Of a stretch of DNA of 38,218 nt, positions 7,674 through 15,324 are shown one piece after another. Below the pieces are notes generated by a model. That model had not been told where the DNA came from. It was given only the letters and a program-made list of their open reading frames with translations, and did no database searches. The first letter of the stretch is position 1. Each line of letters starts with the position of its first letter. A program made the translations under genes and the position numbers. This DNA is from Actinomycetota bacterium (lineage in GTDB: Bacteria; Actinomycetota; Thermoleophilia; Solirubrobacterales; Solirubrobacteraceae). The stretch lies in contig WLOB01000001.1 in the NCBI GenBank assembly GCA_009699505.1, positions 1-38,218 of the forward strand, in the 5' to 3' direction.

Positions 7674-8717
7674 ATGCAGATCGGCATCGACTCCTTCGTC
7701 TCGACGGTCACCGACCCGGCCACGGGGGTCGCCGGGACGCCGGTCGAGCGCGTGGCCCGGCTCCTCGAGGAGGTCGAGGCCGCGGACCGCGCCGGGGTCG
7801 ACACGTTCGGCATCGGCGAGCACCACCGGAAGGACTTCCTGGACTCCGCGCCGTCCATGCTGCTGGCCGCCGCGGCCGCCCGCACCTCGCGGATCCGCCT
7901 GAACAGCGCCGTGACCGTGCTGAGCGCGTCGGACCCCGTCCGCGTCTTCCAGCAGTTCGCGACGCTCGACCTGGTCAGCGGCGGGCGCGCCGAGCTCGTC
8001 GTCGGCCGCGGGTCGTTCACCGAGGCGTTCCCGCTGTTCGGCCTGCCGCTCGAGGAGTACGACAGCCTCTTCGCGGAGAAGCTCGACCTGCTCCTGCACC
8101 TCCGCGAGCAGGAGACGGTGACGTGGAGCGGCCGGCACCGCCCCGCGCTGACGGGTCAGGGCGTCTACCCGCGCCCGGTGCAGGATCCGTTCCCGGTGTG
8201 GGTCGGCGTCGGCGGCAGCCCCGAGTCGTTCGCGCGCGCCGGCGCCCTGGGCCTGCCCCTCATGGTCGCCATCATCGGCGGCGAGCCCCGCCGCTTCCGG
8301 CCGCTCGTCGACCTGTACCGCGAGGCCGCGCGCCGCGCCGGGCACGCGCGGGAGGACCTCCGCGTCTCCGTCCACGTGCCGGGCCTCGTCGCCCCCACCA
8401 CGGAGGAGGCCGCGAACCGGTTCTTCCCCGGCCACCAGCAGATGTTCGGGCGGATCGGCCGCGAGCGCGGCTTCCCGCCCCCGACCCGCGGGAGCTACGA
8501 CGCCCAGCGCGGGCCCGACGGCGCGCTCTTCCTGGGCGACCCGGCGTTCGTCGCGGAGAAGATCGAGCGGATGTCCGACGCCCTCGGCGGCATCGACCGC
8601 GTGACCCTGCAGATGACGAACGAGCGCCTCGGCCACGACCACATGCTCGAGTCGATCGAGCTGCTGGGCACGGGCGTGAAGCCGCTCGTGGCGGAGCGGG
8701 TCGCGGCGCGCGGGTGA
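7674..8717 (+). CDS. LLM class flavin-dependent oxidoreductase (luciferase-like)
   Basis: FGIGEHH, AVTVLSASDPVRVFQQFATLD and GRGSFTEAFPLFG motifs. ATG 7674 lies 6 nt after TACGGT. Confidence 0.93.
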   Translation: MQIGIDSFVSTVTDPATGVAGTPVERVARLLEEVEAADRAGVDTFGIGEHHRKDFLDSAPSMLLAAAAARTSRIRLNSAVTVLSASDPVRVFQQFATLDLVSGGRAELVVGRGSFTEAFPLFGLPLEEYDSLFAEKLDLLLHLREQETVTWSGRHRPALTGQGVYPRPVQDPFPVWVGVGGSPESFARAGALGLPLMVAIIGGEPRRFRPLVDLYREAARRAGHAREDLRVSVHVPGLVAPTTEEAANRFFPGHQQMFGRIGRERGFPPPTRGSYDAQRGPDGALFLGDPAFVAEKIERMSDALGGIDRVTLQMTNERLGHDHMLESIELLGTGVKPLVAERVAARG

Positions 8718-8726
8718 GCGGCGCGC

Positions 8727-9224
8727 TCAGCCCGGCGGGGACCGGGGCCCGCGGAGTCGCCGACGCACGCGTCGCGCCCAGGAGCCCCCGTACGGGTCCG
8801 GCGGGCCGTCCGGCCAGCGCACCGTCGAGAGCCACGAGTCCTCCTCGCGGAGGAAGCGCTCGAGCCACCGCGGCTCCAGGTCGGCGAGGAGCTCGAGGAT
8901 CCGGCCCGCCCAGGTCACGCGCGTGTCAGGGGCGTAGCTCGGGCGGCCCCGCGCCCACTCCTGACCCATCCAGCGGGTGACGTCGACGAAGATCCAGTAG
9001 AGGATCTCGTCCTCGTCGCGCGTCGTCCGGTGCTCGAGCAGCCGCCCCCGCTCGTGCACCTCCCACACCCACGCGCCGTCGCGCCGGTCGACGTTCGGGT
9101 ACCCCGCGTCGAGGCGCGTCCCGAACGGCGGGTACGCCGCCCGCGGCGCCCCGATGCGCTCGCCGATCGCGTGCGCGCGCCGCTCCAGGGCGTCGAGCTC
9201 CGGGTCGGGCGTCGTCCGGCGCAT
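8727..9224 (-). CDS. Imm63-like immunity protein
   Basis: G-x-P-x-V...W-x-V-x-ERG...R-x-T-x-D-x-DE-x-LYWIF pattern characteristic of Imm63. Confidence 0.7.
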   Translation of the reverse strand: MRRTTPDPELDALERRAHAIGERIGAPRAAYPPFGTRLDAGYPNVDRRDGAWVWEVHERGRLLEHRTTRDEDEILYWIFVDVTRWMGQEWARGRPSYAPDTRVTWAGRILELLADLEPRWLERFLREEDSWLSTVRWPDGPPDPYGGSWARRVRRRLRGPRSPPG

Positions 9225-9321
9225 GGCCGCAGCGTAGAGGCCGGGGCGGGTGACGGTCGGCGGACGACGGGCCCGGCACGGTCGCCGGCCCGGTGACGGC
9301 TCGGGGTCACGCCGCCGCCCG

Positions 9322-9783
9322 TCAGCCGGCGAAGCGCGCCGCCTGGCCGACCGTCGCGCCGTCCCCGTCGACGAGGTTCCACATCGTCACGTCCTCGATC
9401 CAGAACCGGTGCCCGGTGCGGCCGATGCGTCGGCCGCGGTAGCCGCGGAAGACCCCGTCCCGCGCGACCGCGGCGAGCAGCCGGTCGCGGTCCTCCTGCG
9501 CGTCGGGCTCGGCCGCCAGGCGGGAGCGCGTGCCGACGAGCCCGTCCCACGTGGACGCGAAGCGGTCCTGCGCGTGCCGGTTGGCGTAGACGAAGCGCGG
9601 GTCCTCCTCGGCCGCGTGCGCGAGGAGCCCGAAGGGCGCGTCCTCGTAGAGCCACCGCGCGTCGGCGCCGGCGGGGACCAGGGGATCGCCGACCAGGGCC
9701 AGGTGACCCCGGGTCAGGAGTGCGAAGAGGCCGGGGTCGAGCGGCCCGGTGGGGGCGAGCGCCGGTCCGTCGGGCGCGGTCAC
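9322..9783 (-). CDS. MEKHLA domain (PAS-like) protein
   Basis: APFGLLAH..EDPRFVYAN, SRLAAEP, GYRGRRI..TGHRFWIE and WNLVD..G...GQAA motifs. GTG 9783 overlaps the GGDEF gene stop (GTGA). Confidence 0.9.
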   Translation of the reverse strand: MTAPDGPALAPTGPLDPGLFALLTRGHLALVGDPLVPAGADARWLYEDAPFGLLAHAAEEDPRFVYANRHAQDRFASTWDGLVGTRSRLAAEPDAQEDRDRLLAAVARDGVFRGYRGRRIGRTGHRFWIEDVTMWNLVDGDGATVGQAARFAG

Positions 9784-10814
9784 CGGCGACGGCCGGCGGG
9801 CGGGCGGGCGCCGGGGGCGGGGGCGTCCGTGGCGCGTCCGCCGTCCGGGCCCGCGAACACGGTGCCGCGGTTCTTGCCCGCCTGCTTCGAGGCGCGGAGC
9901 GCGACGTCGGCGCCCCGACGCAGCTCGGGGACGGTGAAGCCGTCGAACGGGGCGGAGGCCACGCCGGCGCTCGCCCCGACGCCGGCCGAGGCGATCGCGT
10001 CGAGGGCCCGCTGCGCCACGGTCTCGCCGTCGCCGACGGCCAGCACGAGGAACTCGTCGCCGCCGAGGCGCCCGAAGGTGTCCGACCGCCGCATGGAGCT
10101 CATCACGGCGTGGGCGGCCTGCTGGAGCACGAGGTCGCCGGCCTGGTGGCCCTCGCGCTTGTTCAGCTTCCCGAAGTCGTCGAGGTCGATCAGCACCAGC
10201 GCGACCGGCTCGTCCTCGCGGGCACGGGACACCATGCGCTCGGCCTCGGCCAGGAGCGCGGCGCGGGAGAGGGCCCCGGTGAGCGGGTCGCGCAGCAGCT
10301 CGTGGGTCTCGTTCGAGACGGTGCCGACGCTCAGGAGCAGGCCGCAGCCGGCGAAGAGGATCATCGCGGAGTCCGGACCCACCCCGTACCGCAGCATCGG
10401 GGACGCGAGCACCGCGACGACGACGATGCGCCCCGTCGCGCTGGCCCGGCCGCCACGGGCGACGACCCCCGTCGCCGCGCTGACGATCCACAGCAGCGTC
10501 AGCGGCGCGATCCCGGGAGGTCCGAGCGTGACGAGGAAGACGCCGCCCATCAGGGCGAACGGCTCCTCGATCCGCAGCCAGCGGTCGGGCATCCCCCGGC
10601 GGTGCAGCAGGCCCGTGGCGAGCAGCACGGCGAGCCCGGCCGCGGCCGCCTGCGGGACCGGGTGGGTCGCTGGATCGACGACGAGCAGCATGATCCCGAA
10701 GCACGCCAGCGCCAGGCGCACCTGCGAGGCGTAGTCGCGGGCGGCGACCACGGCCGGCGTCGCCGGGCTCCGGACGGGCGTCGGCATGAGGTGGATCGGG
10801 ATCGGGGCGGGCAT
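9780..10814 (-). CDS. Membrane-bound diguanylate cyclase (GGDEF)
   Basis: Several N-terminal TMs; DPLTG, IDLDDFGKLN, intact RLGGDEF, RxxD I-site (RRSD) and GKNR. Confidence 0.92.
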   Translation of the reverse strand: MPAPIPIHLMPTPVRSPATPAVVAARDYASQVRLALACFGIMLLVVDPATHPVPQAAAAGLAVLLATGLLHRRGMPDRWLRIEEPFALMGGVFLVTLGPPGIAPLTLLWIVSAATGVVARGGRASATGRIVVVAVLASPMLRYGVGPDSAMILFAGCGLLLSVGTVSNETHELLRDPLTGALSRAALLAEAERMVSRAREDEPVALVLIDLDDFGKLNKREGHQAGDLVLQQAAHAVMSSMRRSDTFGRLGGDEFLVLAVGDGETVAQRALDAIASAGVGASAGVASAPFDGFTVPELRRGADVALRASKQAGKNRGTVFAGPDGGRATDAPAPGARPPAGRRR

Positions 10815-10957
10815 CAGGCGGCGCTCACGCCCGTGTCGTCGGCGCGCCGCGGGCGGACCTTGATCCCCGGTCGGGGCGATCGTCGAGACGTCCGGTCGGG
10901 GTGCGCGGACGCGGCCGCGGGCGGGCTACGATCGGGGCCCCTGCCCAGGAGCACCAC

Positions 10958-11872
10958 GTGCGGCTGTTCGGTCCCCGATCCACCCCGCCGGCGCCCGAGC
11001 TCGGCGTCAACCTCGTCGGCTTCACCCGCACGGACTTCTCGCGGACCGCGTCGACCGGCTCGATGGTCCACCTGCGCGAGACGCTCGGGGCGACCCGGGC
11101 GGTGCTCGTCCCCACGTTCTACGGCTCGCGCTTCGACGCCGGCCAGATCGCGGCGGAGTCGCCGAAGACCGCGACGGTCGCCAGCCTGCGCGACGCGATC
11201 CAGGACGCCGCCCGGCACGGCGTCGCGGTGGCGCTCAAGCCGCACCTCGACATCGAGGACGGCGTGTTCCGCGGCGACATCGCCCCGACCGGTGCGGACC
11301 GGGCGCGGTTCTTCGACACGTACCGCCGGGTCGTGATCGCCCCGCTGGCCCGGCTCGCCGCGGAGCACCCCGGCACCGTCGACCGCTTCGTCGTCGGCAC
11401 GGAGCTGTCCGGGCTGGCGGGCGCGGACGACGAGTGGCGGGCCACGGTCCGCGAGCTGCGCCGGGTCGCCCCGGGGGTGCAGGTCGGCTTCGCGGCGAAC
11501 TACGACTCGCTCGTCCCCGGCGACCGCCGTCCGAACCCCACCGGGTGGGCCGACGAGCTCGACTTCGTGGGCGTGGACTACTTCCTCGGCGAGTCCGACC
11601 GGGACTACGCGCCGGGCCGCCTGACCCGCAGCATCAAGACCGTGAAGCGGCTGACGGGCAAGCCGGTGATCTTCACCGAGCTGGGCAGCCGCGCCGACAC
11701 GCCCGACGGCCACGAGGGCCAGCGGCGCCGCATCGCCGCGGCGATCGACCACTTCACGGGCCACGTGTCGGCCTTCTGGCTGTGGAACCGCTTCGCCGTC
11801 CGCGACGAGACGGACGTCGAGCGCTACACCCTCGGTGACCCGGCGGTGCAGGAGCTGGCGCGGCGGTTCTGA
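10958..11872 (+). CDS. Glycoside hydrolase, GH113-like TIM barrel
   Basis: LKPHLD, VVGTEL (acid/base Glu), FAANYD, DELDFVGVDY and KPVIFTELG (nucleophile Glu). AGGAG RBS before GTG 10958. Confidence 0.78.
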   Translation: MRLFGPRSTPPAPELGVNLVGFTRTDFSRTASTGSMVHLRETLGATRAVLVPTFYGSRFDAGQIAAESPKTATVASLRDAIQDAARHGVAVALKPHLDIEDGVFRGDIAPTGADRARFFDTYRRVVIAPLARLAAEHPGTVDRFVVGTELSGLAGADDEWRATVRELRRVAPGVQVGFAANYDSLVPGDRRPNPTGWADELDFVGVDYFLGESDRDYAPGRLTRSIKTVKRLTGKPVIFTELGSRADTPDGHEGQRRRIAAAIDHFTGHVSAFWLWNRFAVRDETDVERYTLGDPAVQELARRF

Positions 11873-11997
11873 GGCACGCGCGGCACGTCGGCGGTCCCGC
11901 TCCCGTGGTCGGCCCGGCGCACGGGTCCGCCCCCAACGTCCGTCGATCCACCGGTCGCCGGGCGCAGCTCCCCGGCCCGGCCGCCGAGGACAGGGGC

Positions 11998-12354
11998 ATG
12001 CCACAGCCCACCGCCCATCCATCACAGGTGGTCCCGACCACCGCCGTGGAGGCCGCGGAGGAGCGCCTCGTCCGAGACGTCGAGGAGCTCACCGCCGTCG
12101 TCCGCGCCATCGCGTCACCGATCGACGTCCGCCGCGTCGAGGCCCACGTCGCCGTCGACGAGCGCCGCGTCCGCAGCCTCCGCGCCCTGCCGTGCCGGCG
12201 CTGCGCGTCCGACGCCGCCGACGTCCGCCGGGTCCTCGTCGCCGCCTACGACCGGCTCGCCGAGGCGTACGCCGCGACCGGTCGCGACGACCGCCGGACC
12301 TGGGCGGCGGCCCGCGCCGCCGAGGAGCGCGGCGCCCTCACCCTGGCCGCCTGA
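11998..12354 (+). CDS. Hypothetical helical protein
   Basis: GC3-biased 118-aa ORF filling the gap; contains CxxC (CRRC). No family recognised. Confidence 0.55.
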   Translation: MPQPTAHPSQVVPTTAVEAAEERLVRDVEELTAVVRAIASPIDVRRVEAHVAVDERRVRSLRALPCRRCASDAADVRRVLVAAYDRLAEAYAATGRDDRRTWAAARAAEERGALTLAA

Positions 12355-12393
12355 GGGCGCGCAGCCGAGGATCCGACCACGGCGTTCTTCCCT

Positions 12394-12439
12394 GCTCGTA
12401 GTCCTGTGGCGCATCATGATGCGCCACAGGAATACGAGC
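12394..12439. repeat. 46-bp near-perfect palindrome (REP-like hairpin or bidirectional terminator)
   Basis: gctcgta-G-tcctgtggcgcatca|tgatgcgccacagga-A-tacgagc: perfect 30-bp core at 12402-12431, one mismatch, between convergent genes. Confidence 0.8.
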
Positions 12440-12509
12440 CCCGATGCGTGCGTGCTTCCGGCGCGGTCGCCACGACTCGATGGTCGGTTCGTCGTGGCGG
12501 CCCCTCCGG

Positions 12510-13376
12510 TCAGGCCGCCGCGGCCGCGACGCCCGCGCGGTCCCGTCGCCGCCCGGCCAGGACGCCCTTCGGCGCGACGAGGTACGCCAGGACGAACTGG
12601 AGGCTGAGCACGCAGACGATCGAGCCGCCCGTCGACCAGTCCAGGTGGTAGCTCAGGTACGTGCCCAGCAGGCAGGCGGAGACGCTGCCGGCCGCCGCCC
12701 AGCCGAGCATGCGGGAGAACCGGTCCGTGATCAGGTACGCGGTCGCGCCCGGGGTGATGAGCATCGCGACGACGAGCACGATGCCGACGGCCTGCAGGGC
12801 GACGATGACCGTCAGGGCCAGGGCACCGAGGAGCAGCACCTCGAGGCGCTTGGGCGAGATGCCCACGGCGTGCGCGTGCGTCGGGTCGAACGCGTAGAGC
12901 ACCAGGTCGCGGCGTTTGTAGAGCAGGACGGCGGTGACCAGCGTGCCGATCACGACGACCTGGGCGATGTCGCCGTCGGAGACGCCGAGGACGTTGCCGA
13001 AGAGGATGTGGAAGAGGTCGATCTGCGACGGGATCGCGCTGACCAGCACCAGGCCGAGGGCGAAGAGGCCCGTGAAGACGATCCCGATCGCCGCGTCCTC
13101 CTTCACCCGCGAGGTGCGGTTGAGACCGCCGACGAGGAAGACCGCGGCGGAGCCGAAGAGGAACGCCCCGATCGCGAACGGCGCGCCGACGACGTAGGAC
13201 AGGACGACGCCGGGCAGCACGGCGTGCGAGACCGCGTCGCCCATCAGCGACCAGCCCAGCAGCGTCAGCCAGCAGGAGAGCACGGCGCAGACCACGCCGC
13301 AGACGAGCGCGACGAGCAGCGCGCGGCGCATGAAGTCGTAGGCCAGCGGATCGGCGAACCACTCGACGACGCTCAT
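12510..13376 (-). CDS. Mn/Fe ABC transporter permease (SitC/MntB type)
   Basis: GWSLMGDAVSHAVLPG, EDAAIGIVF and HILFGNVLG motifs. ATGA overlap with the ATPase gene. Confidence 0.93.
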   Translation of the reverse strand: MSVVEWFADPLAYDFMRRALLVALVCGVVCAVLSCWLTLLGWSLMGDAVSHAVLPGVVLSYVVGAPFAIGAFLFGSAAVFLVGGLNRTSRVKEDAAIGIVFTGLFALGLVLVSAIPSQIDLFHILFGNVLGVSDGDIAQVVVIGTLVTAVLLYKRRDLVLYAFDPTHAHAVGISPKRLEVLLLGALALTVIVALQAVGIVLVVAMLITPGATAYLITDRFSRMLGWAAAGSVSACLLGTYLSYHLDWSTGGSIVCVLSLQFVLAYLVAPKGVLAGRRRDRAGVAAAAA

Positions 13377-14182
13377 GCGGCGACCTCCCGCCGGAGCGCC
13401 TCGACGGGGACGAAGCCGCCGAACGCCTCGCCGAGCGGGCCGGGGCGGAGCGTCTCGTCCGGCGTGCCCTGGGCGACGATGCGGCGGTTGATCAGCGCGA
13501 GCTCGTCGCACAGGGCGGGGACGGCGACGAGGTCGTGGGTCGAGACGAGGATCGTCCGGCCCTCCGCGGCGAGCCCCCGCAGCAGCGCGGTGATCGTCGC
13601 CTCCGAGCGCTTGTCGACGCCGGCGAACGGCTCGTCGAGCAGCAGCAGCTCGGCGCCCTGCGCCAGCCCGCGCGCGACGAACGCCCGCTTGCGCTGGCCC
13701 CCGGAGAGCGCGCCGATCTGCCGCTCCGCGAGGTCCGTCAGCTCGCACCGCTCCAGGGCCTCGTCGACGGCGGTCCGGTCCTCGGGGCGCAGCCGCCGGG
13801 TCGACCGCAGCCGCCCGTAGCGGCCCATGGAGACGACCTCGCGGACCGAGACGGGGAAGGCGTAGTCGACGTCCTCGTCCTGCGGCGCGTAGGCGACCCG
13901 CCCGCGGCGGCGGGCCTGCCGCGGGTCCTCGCCGAACAGCGCGACGGTGCCCGACGTCGGCTTCACGAGCCCCATGAGCGCCTTGAAGAGCGTCGACTTG
14001 CCCGAGCCGTTCATGCCGATCAGCCCGTGCACGCGGCCGGCGTCGATGGTCAGGTCGACCCCGTCGAGCGCCCGCGTCGGGCCGTAGGAGACGACGAGGT
14101 CCCGCACGGTGACGACGGGCGACCCGGGGATCGGGGTTCCCGCGGACGTCGCGGGGCGTGGGGCGGTGTCGGTCGTGCTCAT
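13373..14182 (-). CDS. Mn/Fe ABC transporter ATP-binding protein (SitB type)
   Basis: Walker A GMNGSGKS, LSGGQ signature, LLLDEPF Walker B, STHD. Confidence 0.95.
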   Translation of the reverse strand: MSTTDTAPRPATSAGTPIPGSPVVTVRDLVVSYGPTRALDGVDLTIDAGRVHGLIGMNGSGKSTLFKALMGLVKPTSGTVALFGEDPRQARRRGRVAYAPQDEDVDYAFPVSVREVVSMGRYGRLRSTRRLRPEDRTAVDEALERCELTDLAERQIGALSGGQRKRAFVARGLAQGAELLLLDEPFAGVDKRSEATITALLRGLAAEGRTILVSTHDLVAVPALCDELALINRRIVAQGTPDETLRPGPLGEAFGGFVPVEALRREVAA

Positions 14183-14240
14183 CGGAGGGCTCCGTCGGAG
14201 GGTCGGGGAAGGGCGGCCCGGGGACCGGCGACGTCGGCGC

Positions 14241-15194
14241 TCATCGCGCCGCCCCGCCGGCCAGGCCCGCGGCGATCGTGCGGGCGTCGCGGCGCAGCAG
14301 CTCGAGGTAGGTGGGGACGGGGCCGTCGGCGGCCGAGAGCGAGTCGACGTAGAGCTTCCCGGCGAAGCGCGAGCCGGACTCGCGGGCGACCTGCTCCTGC
14401 GCCTCCGGGCTCACGGTCGACTCGCAGAAGACGCCCGGCACGCGACGCTCCCGGACGAACTCGACGGCCGCGGCGATCTGCTTCGGCGTGCCCTCCTGCT
14501 CGGCGTTCACCGGCCACAGGTACGCCTCGGACAGGCCGAGGTCGCGGGCCAGGTACGAGAAGGCGCCCTCGCAGGTGACGAGCGCGCGCCGGTCCTCGGG
14601 GACGCCGGCGAGCGCGGCGCGGACCTCGCGGCCGACGGACGACAGGCGCGCGGTGTAGTCCGCCGCGCGCCGGCGGTACTCCTCGGCGCCGGCCGGGTCC
14701 AGCCGCGTCAGCGCGCGACGGATGTTCTCGACGTAGATCGCGGCGTTGTCCGTCGACATCCACGCGTGGGGGTTCGGCTTGCCCTCGTACTCCGAGCCGC
14801 CGCCGATCGGGATGGGCCGGACGCCGTCGGTCAGCGTGGCCGACTCGCCGCTGGCGCGGTCGATGAACTGCTCGAACCAGCGCTCGAGGCCCAGGCCGTT
14901 CTCCAGGACGAGGTCCGCCTGCGCCGCCTTCTTCAGGTCCGACGGGGTCGGCTCGTAGCCGTGGATCTCGGCGCCGGGCTTCGTGATCGACGCGACCTCG
15001 ACGCGGTCGCCGGCCACCTCGCGCGTCATGTCCGCGATGACGGTGAAGGTCGTCAGGACGACGAGCCGGCCGTCCTCCGCGCGCAGCTCCTCGGCGGTCG
15101 CGCAGCCCGACGCGGCGACGGCCGCGGTCGCGCAGACGACGCCCACGGCGGTGCGTCGGAGGATGCGCCGAGCGCGTGTCCAAGGTTGAGCCAC
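14241..15194 (-). CDS. Mn/Fe ABC transporter substrate-binding lipoprotein (SitA/YfeA type)
   Basis: Lipobox AASGC; metal-ligand motifs EIHGYEPTP, PNPHAWMS, TCEGAFSY and YVDSLS (His, His, Glu, Asp). Start approximate. Confidence 0.93.
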   Translation of the reverse strand: MAQPWTRARRILRRTAVGVVCATAAVAASGCATAEELRAEDGRLVVLTTFTVIADMTREVAGDRVEVASITKPGAEIHGYEPTPSDLKKAAQADLVLENGLGLERWFEQFIDRASGESATLTDGVRPIPIGGGSEYEGKPNPHAWMSTDNAAIYVENIRRALTRLDPAGAEEYRRRAADYTARLSSVGREVRAALAGVPEDRRALVTCEGAFSYLARDLGLSEAYLWPVNAEQEGTPKQIAAAVEFVRERRVPGVFCESTVSPEAQEQVARESGSRFAGKLYVDSLSAADGPVPTYLELLRRDARTIAAGLAGGAAR

Positions 15195-15324
15195 GCCAAA
15201 AAGTAAACCACAGGTCGATACGACCAGCCGCGTGTGGCGCGGCACACGGCGCTGCGGGCCGGCGGGGGAGCCCGGTCCCGGGGCCCCGCTCTTGGCGCCG
15301 TGGCGCGCGGGGTAGCCTCGTCCC

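Noticed and set aside
10958-11872. Gene transfer agent or phage tail TIM-barrel protein
   Set aside because: It is a stand-alone domain of about 300 aa with no phage or GTA genes nearby; a GH113-like hydrolase is the simpler call.
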